Assembly (NCBI GenBank): GCA_041667145.1 | Contig: JBAYFP010000004.1 | Coordinates: forward strand, 9,100 to 73,099 | Direction: 5' to 3' | Source of the DNA: Minisyncoccota bacterium | GTDB taxonomy: Bacteria > Patescibacteriota > Minisyncoccia > Phycocordibacterales > UBA9973 | Length of the DNA stretch: 64,000 nucleotides | In this document: one piece after another, positions 28,608 through 39,184 of the stretch | How positions within the stretch are numbered: position 1 is the first letter of the stretch | Layout of the letters: each line of letters starts with the position of its first letter | Notes under the pieces: generated by a model | What the model was told of the DNA's origin: nothing | Databases searched by the model: none | The model's input: the letters and a program-made list of their open reading frames with translations, nothing else | Made by a program: the position numbers and the translations under genes

Positions 28608-30125
28608 ATGAAAAATCTAGCAAACATTTTAAGAAAATCTAACCTTTCTCCCAAAGAAAGAATTATTACTATCGTTCAAAACGAAGTATATAAAGAAAAG
28701 AACGGTAAAGGAACTCTCACTGATTCAGAAATTTATGCTTTATCACAAGGATGGAAACCAAGAGATTCTCGTGAGGTTAAAGAATACAATAGTTATTTAG
28801 ATGCTTCTAAACTGGAAAGATCTATGAGATTAGATGCACGAATGTTTGCGTACCGATCAGAAAATTTCTTATTACGAAATAATATCTTGATTAATTACAC
28901 AACATACTTAGATAATACTTTAGAAGATTTTAAGAAAAATGACACTGTAAATAAATACATATCACAAGAAGAAATAATAAATTTCATTTTAAAAAATACT
29001 TACCTAAGTTATGAAAAATTAATTCATATAATTACTTTTAATAATCTTCCCAAAAATATTAAAGATGACCTACTTCTTCTAGATGAATATGCATCTTACG
29101 ATGGAAAGTATTTAGAGGATGAGGTTTTTCTTTATGAGATATTTAAGAAATCAAAAAAATTAAGTATACAGGATAAAAATATTCTTATTGATCATATATT
29201 TTCTCGTATGTATAATGACGGTTTTAGAAAAATCAAAAATGGCTCTGAAAAAGATGGTTTTATGATGTTACATTCTTTTGCTGAACTTACAATACAAAAT
29301 ATTTTTAAAAAATGGGCAGAATATGCTCATATTAATCTTGATGAGCAAAATATCAGTATCGAAAACTATTTACTTAATAAGTTTGAAGAATATGCAAAAA
29401 ATAGAGATCAAACAATGGAGATGGTTATAAGGGATATATTATCCAAGTGGATAGATGATGGATTGTTTGTGTCTGAATATATGCCAATATTTTTTAGCAA
29501 CAGAAAAGATACATGGAATGGAGATACAAAACTTACCCACAAAGAGATTTTTACAAAATGGTATACAGAATTACAAAAGACAAAAATTTATATTAATAAA
29601 CTTATTTCAAATAATGATATAGAGGTTAAATTTATAGATAGAGAAATTTTTGGTGACACAAAAAAGATTAAAATAGTAACAGGAGAAAGTTTATATAAAT
29701 GTAAAATAGATATTGATTTTGTGAAAGAATATAAAGATCAGATAACAATGCTATCACCAGTAGTGGGTTTATTTTTATTTATCAAAAAGCATAATAACCC
29801 ATTAAGTAGCTATAAAACACTGAAATCTTTTTGCGAGATGGCACAAACTTTTTCTGACATATTTGATATTGATATGACAGATAAGTATACAGAGTCTTTG
29901 CGTTCTTTTGAACAAGAATTATCTATGGTCAATCAAACTTTTAGTAAGTTGCTTGATAAAGTAATTGGACTTTTGTATACAAATGACAACATTAAATATG
30001 TCTTAGAAATAGAAGAAGATAATTTGTCTTTTGATTTAAATAAAGAATCTCTTGAACCGACAGATGAAATGATTAATGATTACAAGGGTGAGCTTAAAAA
30101 GATGGGTTTCGGAACCGATATATAA
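28608..30125 (+). CDS. Hypothetical protein (505 aa)
   Basis: Long ORF at the end of the operon; no recognised motif. Confidence 0.8.
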   Translation: MKNLANILRKSNLSPKERIITIVQNEVYKEKNGKGTLTDSEIYALSQGWKPRDSREVKEYNSYLDASKLERSMRLDARMFAYRSENFLLRNNILINYTTYLDNTLEDFKKNDTVNKYISQEEIINFILKNTYLSYEKLIHIITFNNLPKNIKDDLLLLDEYASYDGKYLEDEVFLYEIFKKSKKLSIQDKNILIDHIFSRMYNDGFRKIKNGSEKDGFMMLHSFAELTIQNIFKKWAEYAHINLDEQNISIENYLLNKFEEYAKNRDQTMEMVIRDILSKWIDDGLFVSEYMPIFFSNRKDTWNGDTKLTHKEIFTKWYTELQKTKIYINKLISNNDIEVKFIDREIFGDTKKIKIVTGESLYKCKIDIDFVKEYKDQITMLSPVVGLFLFIKKHNNPLSSYKTLKSFCEMAQTFSDIFDIDMTDKYTESLRSFEQELSMVNQTFSKLLDKVIGLLYTNDNIKYVLEIEEDNLSFDLNKESLEPTDEMINDYKGELKKMGFGTDI

Positions 30126-30133
30126 GACAAATG

Positions 30134-30178
30134 GCAATAAAAAAGGGTGATCATACAATAATCACCCTTTTTTATTGC
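30134..30178. terminator. Bidirectional terminator
   Basis: gcaataaaaaagggtgat..atcacccttttttattgc between convergent genes. Confidence 0.85.
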
Positions 30179-30195
30179 TAGGCATTTACTCGAAC

Positions 30196-31182
30196 TTATT
30201 CTTTACTCCCATCTGCGTAAATGATGGTTGTAACTTCCCATTTATACTTTAAATTAACAAATTCAGTATCTTTTAATTTAACGTCTTCATCCATAAATTG
30301 ATTATAGTCTATTCCTGATTCCCAAACTTTACTTTGGTGCGCAGGAATTGATTTATCATAACCTACACTTATAGCTTTTATTTTATTATCAAAAATATCA
30401 TAAAAAGTTAAGACACCCTCTACTCCTTTAATATCTTTATCTGTTTCATTGGTTAGCTTTAGATTCATTTGAATTTGATCTTGATAAGTACCGTCAGTAT
30501 AATTTGCTTCATAGAAGCTCTTTTTTGTTACTTCAAGACTAACTTTATTTACTTGAGTGATTGGAGCTTGAGTATCTGCTTTAACTACTCCACCTTGTTG
30601 CAAGCTTTTACTTAACTCTTCTTTTGCCTTAGCAACATCAGAAACATGTTTTGCTGTAGAAATTGAACCCATAATAATTGCTAATACAATTAATGCCACA
30701 ATAGAAAGAACTACGCCATGTTTACTTGCTGAAGTTTCTATTTGTTTTATACCTGATGCTTCTGCTTTTTTCTCATATTTCTTTGTAACTAAATGCATAA
30801 TTATTCCTCCCGCAATTCCTACCATGAAAGCGATGATAGTTATAAATGTTCCACCAATTGCAGTTCCTATTGCACCACCAGCCTGTTCAAATTCATTAGC
30901 TGATGAAGAGATAACTTTTGAACCAACAACAAAAGTTAAAACTAATGCGGACACTGGAAGCAAGAAGAAAGATATTTCTGTTAAACGAAAAAATCTTTCT
31001 AAAATATGATTCTTCTCTGTGAATTGATATACATTCCAGATCATTAGAATCCAAATAATTAAGAACCCTATACCCATGTAAGAGTTACCAGTCATCCACG
31101 CATAATTTTGCCAAAAAATTAAAGCTGGTAACAATGCTAACAAAATCTTAAGAGACAAATGCTTTTTGATATTGTTTTCCAT
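30196..31182 (-). CDS. Multi-TM protein with C-terminal Ig-like domain
   Basis: Five TMs, then L.N.TDK.IKG..G...F.D.F. Confidence 0.75.
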   Translation of the reverse strand: MENNIKKHLSLKILLALLPALIFWQNYAWMTGNSYMGIGFLIIWILMIWNVYQFTEKNHILERFFRLTEISFFLLPVSALVLTFVVGSKVISSSANEFEQAGGAIGTAIGGTFITIIAFMVGIAGGIIMHLVTKKYEKKAEASGIKQIETSASKHGVVLSIVALIVLAIIMGSISTAKHVSDVAKAKEELSKSLQQGGVVKADTQAPITQVNKVSLEVTKKSFYEANYTDGTYQDQIQMNLKLTNETDKDIKGVEGVLTFYDIFDNKIKAISVGYDKSIPAHQSKVWESGIDYNQFMDEDVKLKDTEFVNLKYKWEVTTIIYADGSKE

Positions 31183-31190
31183 ATTTTCTA

Positions 31191-31330
31191 TTTTGCGTTT
31201 TATTTATAAAACCCAGTGATAAGACGCAAAAAGCCCACCACATAGGTAGTGACCGAAGTCACTCATATCCGTTTCCAGATACGGCAGATCGTGCGACCCC
31301 ATATGATGGGTTCTTTATGCACGATCTGAC
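31191..31330 (-). ncRNA. Candidate structured leader RNA
   Basis: Several hairpins including two mutually exclusive helices; GC-rich within AT-rich DNA. Confidence 0.5.
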
Positions 31331-31467
31331 TAACTTTCACCATGCCTTTATTCCTAAAGGTTTAGGCTACTTAAACTATTAACTTGTAAAGAAATTATAC
31401 CTTATTTTTTAAGGTCGCACCATATTAGCTCACATTTAAATATTTGTGTAGTCGAGTTATCAACAGC

Positions 31468-34230
31468 TTATTTAATGTGGAATATTTTGATTTTTAGATT
31501 ATCAATAATTAGACTATCAGCGGATAATCCCTTAAAGAATTTAAATACTACGTTTGTTTTAAGTTCTTCAACTTTTGCTTCCTTGTCTTTGATACTATCA
31601 GGATCATTTTCTGTCCATTTCTCAACTATTTTTATTCTTTCCTGTTCAAGAGAAGAAAGATTCGTTATCGAAAGCATAAGACAATCTTCCGCCTTTTCTG
31701 CAAACTTTGTATTATCTTTATCTAAGGTTTTATCTTCTTCAATTTCAAATTCGTTTATTGAGAAAGAATCGTTTTCAAATATAAACATTGTGTCTGGGTA
31801 AGATTTATGTTCTTGGAATTTATATACAATGTAAAAAGGAATTCCATTTATTGATCCTTGGTAATAAGGACCATTATCTTCTCTTGAATTCGTTTCCTGC
31901 CAATGTGGTTTAAAATTTTCAGGATTTGTGTCTTGAATATTGAAATATCCATTAATCCACAGAACGATTGCACTGAGATTATTTTCAGCTGAAACAATTT
32001 GCCCGATTTTTTCCTTTTTTATAGGTATAATTTTACCAAACTTTTTATAAATTGATTCTAGGACTTTATTGTCTTCTGATCGAGCTAAATCTTCACCAAA
32101 TTGATTACCATTAGTATAATGAACATTCGTTTCAGCAATAAATTGTTCTTTATGTAATAAAATATTATATCCGAAACCATCTATCTTTTTTTCAGTATCC
32201 TTAGTGAATTTTTGGACTCTGTATAGCACACGAGCTTTTTCATATGAATCAAAGTTTTCTTTTACAAATTCATTAAATTTGGTATCGTCCAATGATTGTT
32301 CAATTATTTTTTTTCTTACGTCAGTTTCATATTTTTCGGCAATTTGAGAAAAAATGTTGTAAAATTTAATCTTTACAGAGATAAATTGTTCATCTGTTAT
32401 GTGTGTGATAGAAACAAAAGAATGTTGTGTCTTGTTAAGCAGTGGATCAAATTGCTGATTTCCTTCTTTAATATGTGATAACCCATCGTTATAGTTTCCA
32501 TCTTTGATATTAATAGCAAGATTTGGATCATCTACAATAATTTTAAGAATTCTATCAACTAATAAATTTTTAATGTCATCATGAATTGTCACGGTGTAGA
32601 CTTCTCCCTCAGGCATACCCCAACTATCCCAACCGAATGATCCTCTTTTTTCAGAAATTTCAATTGCTTTCAAATAAATAGAAAGATAATAGTTTAAATT
32701 ATCTTCAACATTTCTATAATAATACACTGGGTCTTTTTGTAACGAAGATAAAAGTTTAGAAAAAGCTTCTTTGTAAAAATCTCCTCCACTATTATGTTTA
32801 TATGCCCAAGCAGTAAAACCAAAAATTACAGCTTTCTTTATTAAAATTAATTCATCTAGCTGTGGAAACTCGTCGTGTTCGTAACTTTCACGAGAAAATG
32901 AATTATCTAAAAAAGCTAAGGCTTTTGAAAAAGCTTCTAGATTTTTTTTATCAAAAGCAATCTTTATTTGTCCATTCAAGCTAGAGAGAAAATTTATTGC
33001 GTAATCAATATAATTTTTATCTTTTTTGATCTTTGATTTAATAGAATATTTTGCAACTTCGTTAAGCCATCTAAAGTAGGCATCATGAAACTTAGTTTGC
33101 TCATCAGGACTAAGATCAAAAGATTCATAAAAAGCATGACCAAAATTTCTTAAGAAGATATTAAAAGTCTGAACTGATTTTTTATCTAGGGACTGGTATA
33201 TATAACCCAAAGAGAAACCAACCACTTTCTTTATACAGTCGATATCTCCTTGTTTAAATGAATACTTTTGAAGAGGAAAAATAATATCATCATTTATAAA
33301 CTGAATTATGTCCACATAAGAATCAGCTTTACAAGTAAAATGATCAACAAAACTAGAGAACTCTTTCAGTTTCAACTCAAGCCCCTTAGAATCCTCCATT
33401 TTTATTAAGGAAAACATTTCAGAATAATAAGACCTCATTTCTGCTTCAAGGTATGAAGACGGGTTTTCATATTCATCGCTAATGGAAACAAAGGATCGTA
33501 ATTTTTCCTCGTCTATTTTTTGTCCTTCTTCTTTTTTAATTCCTAATATAACATCATCAAAATCAACAGGTGCTCCATTTGAAATACTGTAAGGTATATA
33601 GTAAGAATACTTTTTAGAAATTTTCTGACTAGTTTCTTTTGTTAAATAAATTTCTTCCGTAAATAAAACATTTATATCAATGTTTGTTATATAACCAGAA
33701 CTCTGTGCCCGAATAAAATAATAAGAATCATTATTTTCATCAAGTAAAAATCTTTCCACATCCTTACCGTCCCTTTTTTCTTCTAGTAATTTCTGAAGTG
33801 CATCATTTTTAATTTTCAAATCCTCAAACTCTTTGAGTTTTTCTTTTATCACTTCTTCTTTGAATTTCTTTACAGCTCTTTCTCCTGAAAGTTCATTTTC
33901 ATTAAATTTAAACACTTCTTTAAAAGCATCAAAAATACTCAACAATAAACTAGCTGATAATATAAAATTTACAAATTCATAAAATGGACTTGGAAAAGCT
34001 AAAAAGCTTAATGCAAAAAATCCTAAACACTGAGTTATAACCTTTTTTATATTTGTATTTTTAGTGAGGGTAATTTTCTCACTTTTATCCTGAAGCCCGT
34101 ATATGTAAACCCCTAGAGAAATAACAATAGTAAAGATTACACCGTAAATTGCTATGAAGGTCTCATTTGCACAAATAAAACCAACTAAGCATGTTTGACT
34201 AATATTGGGAATTACTAAAAGATTTGACAT
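31468..34230 (-). CDS. Large hypothetical protein with N-terminal TMs (920 aa)
   Basis: Three N-terminal TMs; RA..SGYI..ID motif (DUF2254-like); long helical region. Confidence 0.8.
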   Translation of the reverse strand: MSNLLVIPNISQTCLVGFICANETFIAIYGVIFTIVISLGVYIYGLQDKSEKITLTKNTNIKKVITQCLGFFALSFLAFPSPFYEFVNFILSASLLLSIFDAFKEVFKFNENELSGERAVKKFKEEVIKEKLKEFEDLKIKNDALQKLLEEKRDGKDVERFLLDENNDSYYFIRAQSSGYITNIDINVLFTEEIYLTKETSQKISKKYSYYIPYSISNGAPVDFDDVILGIKKEEGQKIDEEKLRSFVSISDEYENPSSYLEAEMRSYYSEMFSLIKMEDSKGLELKLKEFSSFVDHFTCKADSYVDIIQFINDDIIFPLQKYSFKQGDIDCIKKVVGFSLGYIYQSLDKKSVQTFNIFLRNFGHAFYESFDLSPDEQTKFHDAYFRWLNEVAKYSIKSKIKKDKNYIDYAINFLSSLNGQIKIAFDKKNLEAFSKALAFLDNSFSRESYEHDEFPQLDELILIKKAVIFGFTAWAYKHNSGGDFYKEAFSKLLSSLQKDPVYYYRNVEDNLNYYLSIYLKAIEISEKRGSFGWDSWGMPEGEVYTVTIHDDIKNLLVDRILKIIVDDPNLAINIKDGNYNDGLSHIKEGNQQFDPLLNKTQHSFVSITHITDEQFISVKIKFYNIFSQIAEKYETDVRKKIIEQSLDDTKFNEFVKENFDSYEKARVLYRVQKFTKDTEKKIDGFGYNILLHKEQFIAETNVHYTNGNQFGEDLARSEDNKVLESIYKKFGKIIPIKKEKIGQIVSAENNLSAIVLWINGYFNIQDTNPENFKPHWQETNSREDNGPYYQGSINGIPFYIVYKFQEHKSYPDTMFIFENDSFSINEFEIEEDKTLDKDNTKFAEKAEDCLMLSITNLSSLEQERIKIVEKWTENDPDSIKDKEAKVEELKTNVVFKFFKGLSADSLIIDNLKIKIFHIK

Positions 34231-34352
34231 TACACAGTAATTATACCATAAAACACGCTAAAATAAAGGCATTTGGGATATTTTAGTTACCAACACTATG
34301 GCAGTGGGACGCTCTGGACTCGTAGGACGGGTTGCGTCATTAATATAGGTAT

Positions 34353-35681
34353 ATGAAAATAGATAACCCAAATCAAGAGAAAGGTGTAGAGAAAATCAAG
34401 GTAGAACCAAAGAAGATAAGGTACTGTCTTTATGCAAGAAAATCAACAGAATCAGAAGAAAGACAGGTTCTTTCAATAGACAGCCAAATCAGCGAGATGC
34501 TCCAATTAGCCGATCGTGAGGGGCTTGAGGTGGTCACTATGAAGCGTGAATCGCATAGTGCTAAAGAGACTGGGCAACGACCTGTATTCAATGAAATAAT
34601 TGAGGAAATCAAACAAGAGAAATTCAATGCAATACTCACATGGGCACCCGATCGTATTTCAAGAAATGCAGGTGACCTTGGAAAAATAGTAGATTTAATG
34701 GATTCAGGAAAATTACATATGATACGAACCTTCGGTCAAACATTTGGGAATAATCCAAATGAAAAATTCTTACTGATGATTCTTGGCTCACAAGCAAAAC
34801 TAGAAAATGATAATCGAGGTATTAACGTGAAGCGAGGACTACGAACAAGAGTGGAGATGGGGTTATGGCCTGGGATGGCACCGCTTGGCTACTTAAACCA
34901 AAAGTTAATGGATCGGAAGTGTCAGATAGTGATTGATCCTGATAGAGCACCTATAATAAAGAAAATGTTTGAGAAAGTAGTATATGAACACTGGAGCGGT
35001 AGAAAAGTATACAATTGGTTACGATTTGATTTAAATTTCTATACTCGAGGAAATAAACCCCTGACACTCTCAGGGGTTTATCGTATATTCAATATGCCAA
35101 TCTATTATGGACCATTTGAATATCCTAGAAATTCTGATAATTGGTATCAAGGAAGTCATACGCCAATAATCACTCAGGAGTTATTTGAAAAAGCTCAAGC
35201 ACAATTAAAGAGAGATAGAATCGTGAGAGAAAATAGAGAGTTTGCTTTTACTAAATTATTTACATGTGGAATGTGTAGTTCAGGAATATCTGCTCAAGAG
35301 AAATACAAGGAACTTAAAGATGGAACTACTGCTAAGTATGTTTACTACTCCTGTTCGAAGGCTAGAGATAGAAATTGTAAAAACAAATATATTAGAGAAG
35401 AAGAATTGATTGATGAATTATTTAAAGTTATTGATAAGGTAAGTATTAATGAATTAGGCATGCGAATTAAACTCGAAGAAGAAATTAAACGATTCAATCG
35501 ACTTCAAAGGTTGGCGACAAAAGGTACGCCAAAGTATTCGATCAATGAAGACGATGTAAACACAAGAGAATATGCCAAGTATGTACTTCGAGAAGGCACA
35601 CCCTTAGAAAAGAGAGAATTGCTTGGACATTTAAGGAGTAGGTTGGTGTTGAATGATAAAAAAATCACATTAGTAACTTAA
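34353..35681 (+). CDS. Large serine recombinase (resolvase + recombinase + Zn ribbon)
   Basis: YARKS catalytic motif, DRISRN, PLGY, H.PII..ELF..AQ, CGMC..YY.C. Confidence 0.95.
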   Translation: MKIDNPNQEKGVEKIKVEPKKIRYCLYARKSTESEERQVLSIDSQISEMLQLADREGLEVVTMKRESHSAKETGQRPVFNEIIEEIKQEKFNAILTWAPDRISRNAGDLGKIVDLMDSGKLHMIRTFGQTFGNNPNEKFLLMILGSQAKLENDNRGINVKRGLRTRVEMGLWPGMAPLGYLNQKLMDRKCQIVIDPDRAPIIKKMFEKVVYEHWSGRKVYNWLRFDLNFYTRGNKPLTLSGVYRIFNMPIYYGPFEYPRNSDNWYQGSHTPIITQELFEKAQAQLKRDRIVRENREFAFTKLFTCGMCSSGISAQEKYKELKDGTTAKYVYYSCSKARDRNCKNKYIREEELIDELFKVIDKVSINELGMRIKLEEEIKRFNRLQRLATKGTPKYSINEDDVNTREYAKYVLREGTPLEKRELLGHLRSRLVLNDKKITLVT

Positions 35682-35727
35682 TACTATAATATTTCAAAAA
35701 ATCATTGAAAATGGTAATATTTAATAT

Positions 35728-36408
35728 ATGAAAAAAGTGATTATATTAGGAGCTAGTGACGGTCTTGGCAAGGCAATTGCCAATTTATTTAATAGTGAAA
35801 AAATAGAAGTAATTAATATAAGTAGAACACCTTGTGATATATCAGGTGTTACAAATATTGCTTGTGATTTATCAATAGAAAAAGACATCGATAATGCTGT
35901 TAATACTATAAAAGAAAAGCATAGTGATTTTGATACAATAATAAATTGTGCTGCTATTGTAGCGATGGAAAAGATAAACGAGATTACATATCCTAAACTT
36001 GAAAAAGCATTTAAAATAAACACTATAGCACCATTATATTTTCTATCTTCTCTGTTTGATACTATTGTAAAAAATGAAGCAGATATATTAAACATTGGTA
36101 CAACAGCAGACCTAAAGGCTGGTTTTGTTGATCAATTAGCATACACTTCAACTAAATATGGATTAAGGGGTGGTTCATATAACCTTGGATTAGAATTAGC
36201 AAAAACAAAAAGCAGAATGATATATGTTCACTGTGGTGGTATGAATACACAGATGCATGAAAAAGATTATGGAAAGAAAATAGAAGACCCAACTGAATGG
36301 ATGGATACAAAAGATGTAGCTGGTATAGTTTTGTATTTATTAAAATTACCTAAACAAGTAGAGATAACAGAAATTACTATTAGTCGTAAGAAAAGAAGAT
36401 TAATTTAA
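35728..36408 (+). CDS. SDR family oxidoreductase
   Basis: GAS.GLG, Y..TK. Confidence 0.9.
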   Translation: MKKVIILGASDGLGKAIANLFNSEKIEVINISRTPCDISGVTNIACDLSIEKDIDNAVNTIKEKHSDFDTIINCAAIVAMEKINEITYPKLEKAFKINTIAPLYFLSSLFDTIVKNEADILNIGTTADLKAGFVDQLAYTSTKYGLRGGSYNLGLELAKTKSRMIYVHCGGMNTQMHEKDYGKKIEDPTEWMDTKDVAGIVLYLLKLPKQVEITEITISRKKRRLI

Positions 36409-36422
36409 AAAAATAAAATTTT

Positions 36423-37631
36423 ATGATTGAAAATAGTATTGTTTATCGAGACTTCAAAGGAAAATATGAATACCTCCCTATTTCAAAAGCGGAAGGTTCT
36501 TTAATTTGGGATAGAGATGGAAAAAGATATATAGATTTTTCATCAGCTTGGAACGTGACAAATCTAGGATGGAATAACCCAGAAATCAACGAAGCGATAA
36601 TTGAACAAACGAAGAAAAATGTTCAGGGTCTTCTTTGGGGTTCAGATCCGATTCAAGAAGAATATGCCAAGGCTTTGACAGAAGCACTACCCGAAGGACT
36701 CGATGCTTGTATTAAAGAAACAAGTGGCACAGAGTCAATCGAGGTTGCAATTAAAGTTGCTCGTGTTTACACAGAAAGAAAAAGAATCATTGGTTTTAAT
36801 TCCCATTATCACGGACAGTTATTTGCCTCACTTGCTATTGGGTATCCAAAAGATTCACATCAAAAACTTCAACCGTTAGTTCCAGAAATTGAACCTATCC
36901 CATTTCCACACAATAAAATAAGTGAAGAAGATTTCAATAAATTCCTGTCAGATTTTGAAGAATTACTCTCAAAAAAAGATATCGCTGCTGTTGTTACAGA
37001 ACCAGGAATCATAACTGGTTGGGGTTCAACACTTATTGCGTATCCTAGGTTTCTAACAAAACTTCGAGAGATTACTTCAAAGTACGGAACATTACTTATT
37101 GTTGATGAAGTTGGAACAGGTTTTTCACGAACAGGAAAACTTTTTGGCATACAACATGAAAATGTAACACCAGATATGATTGTATTTGCAAAAGGAATAT
37201 CAAATGGGGCTTCTGCTATTGGTGCAGTTGTGGGTAAATCTGAAATGTTCGAAAGGGCATTTTCAGAAGCAATGCTAATCTCTACCTTTGGTTGGACTCC
37301 AATAGCATGTGCCATTTCTTTAAAAGCTCTTCAAATTCATTTAAGAGATAAAACTTGGGAAATGGCAGAGAAGAAAGGAAATTATATACAAGAAAAATTA
37401 AAAGCTCATGTTGGAAATACTGTCGTTGAAGTACGAGGAATGGGATTAGAGATAGGATTACAATTCAAAGATGCAGAAACTTGTAAAAGAATTCAAAAGG
37501 CATGCTTTGCCGACGGACTTCATGTCGTTGTAGGGAGTGGAGATAATATGCAAATTATGCCACCACTTACAATTTCACAAGAATTACTAGATGAAGGTTT
37601 GAATATTTTAATTAAAAATTTGAAAAGTTAA
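36423..37631 (+). CDS. Class III PLP aminotransferase
   Basis: G..YIDF, SGTES.E.A.K, YHG, DEV.TGF.RTG, AKG. Confidence 0.93.
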   Translation: MIENSIVYRDFKGKYEYLPISKAEGSLIWDRDGKRYIDFSSAWNVTNLGWNNPEINEAIIEQTKKNVQGLLWGSDPIQEEYAKALTEALPEGLDACIKETSGTESIEVAIKVARVYTERKRIIGFNSHYHGQLFASLAIGYPKDSHQKLQPLVPEIEPIPFPHNKISEEDFNKFLSDFEELLSKKDIAAVVTEPGIITGWGSTLIAYPRFLTKLREITSKYGTLLIVDEVGTGFSRTGKLFGIQHENVTPDMIVFAKGISNGASAIGAVVGKSEMFERAFSEAMLISTFGWTPIACAISLKALQIHLRDKTWEMAEKKGNYIQEKLKAHVGNTVVEVRGMGLEIGLQFKDAETCKRIQKACFADGLHVVVGSGDNMQIMPPLTISQELLDEGLNILIKNLKS

Positions 37632-37642
37632 ATAATAAATTT

Positions 37643-37981
37643 ATGAAAATCATAAAAAAATTAAACGAAACTTTTGTACGTGAAGATGCTCACGGTGGTA
37701 GTGGTGGACGTAAATTATTATTATCAGAAAATGAGATAAATAATGTGCAAGGTATGACATATGGGTTTTTGCCAGCAAATTCTAAATTTGCATGGCATAT
37801 GCATGAAAAAATGAACGAGGTAATGATTGTTTTAAAAGGTCAAGGAAATGTCCGAGACGAAGATGGTATGTATACTTATTCAACAGGAGACGTATTTATA
37901 TTTCCAAAAGATATTTTTCATGAAATTGAAAACGTATCTAGCGAAGAAAACGAATATATTTTTGTACGAGTTTATGAATAA
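37643..37981 (+). CDS. Cupin domain protein
   Basis: H.H....E...VL.G.G; GD...P....H...N. Confidence 0.9.
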   Translation: MKIIKKLNETFVREDAHGGSGGRKLLLSENEINNVQGMTYGFLPANSKFAWHMHEKMNEVMIVLKGQGNVRDEDGMYTYSTGDVFIFPKDIFHEIENVSSEENEYIFVRVYE

Positions 37982-38032
37982 AAAAAGAATTAGTATACAA
38001 CAAGGACCGTTCTTGTTGTATACAATATAACT

Positions 38033-38716
38033 ATGGGAGAAATAACAAAATTTTATAAAGAAGAAGAAATTGCGAAAAAAGTAATAGATTTTTGTTTGGG
38101 GAAATATCAACTAATATTTATTTCTGGTAACGGAGGATCTGGGAAAACAACTCTTAGTAAACAATTAGTAAAAGAGATTAATTCACGTGGACTAGAGGCT
38201 AATTGTATTGATATGGATGATTTTATGATTGACAGTAAAATACGTAAAAGCACTCAAAAGGAATGGATTGATGTAAAAAACAACAAAAGAGTTAGTTATC
38301 ATACATGGGCATTTAAAGAATCATACCATTTAGACTCTTTGGAAACTTTAATTCATTTATTGATGAACGGAAAGGATTGTTCTTATAGACATAAAAGCGG
38401 AGAAGAGACAGAACTAAAATCAGAATTTCCTTTAACAATAATTGAAGGAGTAGGTACAGCTTTTCTTAAAAAAGAGGAAATGATGTATGGAATTTTTGCA
38501 ATGTGTGATTTTAAAGTTGAAGTTGATAGACGAATAAAGAGAGCCCGTGATGGTGAAGATAATTTGTCACGTGAAGAAGTTGAAGAAAAAGCCACTGAAA
38601 GAAATGAACAATTTGAAGTAACAATCCTACCTGAGAAAAATAAATTTGATTTGGAATTGTGGAGTTTAGAAGACTACTCTTTTAGAGTGGAGCGAGACAA
38701 TTTAAATATACTATAA
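38033..38716 (+). CDS. Uridine kinase-like P-loop kinase
   Basis: GNGGSGKT, DDF, IIEG, RRI.R. Confidence 0.8.
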   Translation: MGEITKFYKEEEIAKKVIDFCLGKYQLIFISGNGGSGKTTLSKQLVKEINSRGLEANCIDMDDFMIDSKIRKSTQKEWIDVKNNKRVSYHTWAFKESYHLDSLETLIHLLMNGKDCSYRHKSGEETELKSEFPLTIIEGVGTAFLKKEEMMYGIFAMCDFKVEVDRRIKRARDGEDNLSREEVEEKATERNEQFEVTILPEKNKFDLELWSLEDYSFRVERDNLNIL

Positions 38717-38730
38717 ATCATAGTAAAAAT

Positions 38731-39177
38731 ATGGAAAACTTAATTCAAAACATAGTTAAAAATGCCGAATCTTTAAAGAATAAATACACTGATCAAAAAA
38801 ATATTCCAGTTAACTATGCCTGTATTTTTTGCCAATCTAAAGAAGAACAAACTAATTTTTTAGAAGAGGCACATAAACTAGGTATGGTAATACAAGAAAC
38901 TCCAAGCGGTCCACTCTTTAAAATATCTTTAGAAACTGTTGCTGGTAAATTACAATTATTAAAAATTAGAAAACCAGATTCAACTCGACAAGAACGTGGA
39001 GATGCTGATTTTACGGTCGTTGATTATCCCTCCTTTAAAGAAAAGTATTTAAATAAAGCTGGATTTTCACTTATACAAAAAGAAAATTTTGAAATGATTG
39101 AACTGTACGAAAAAGACAATAACGTAAGAGTATATTTTTCATTTCCTCCTTTAGATAAACAGTTAAATTTGATATAA
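38731..39177 (+). CDS. Hypothetical protein (possible VOC-like fold)
   Basis: ORF within the operon. Confidence 0.7.
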   Translation: MENLIQNIVKNAESLKNKYTDQKNIPVNYACIFCQSKEEQTNFLEEAHKLGMVIQETPSGPLFKISLETVAGKLQLLKIRKPDSTRQERGDADFTVVDYPSFKEKYLNKAGFSLIQKENFEMIELYEKDNNVRVYFSFPPLDKQLNLI

Positions 39178-39184
39178 TTAAAAT

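Noticed and set aside
25959-30125. Intact prophage
   Set aside because: No terminase large subunit, portal, capsid or tail genes recognised
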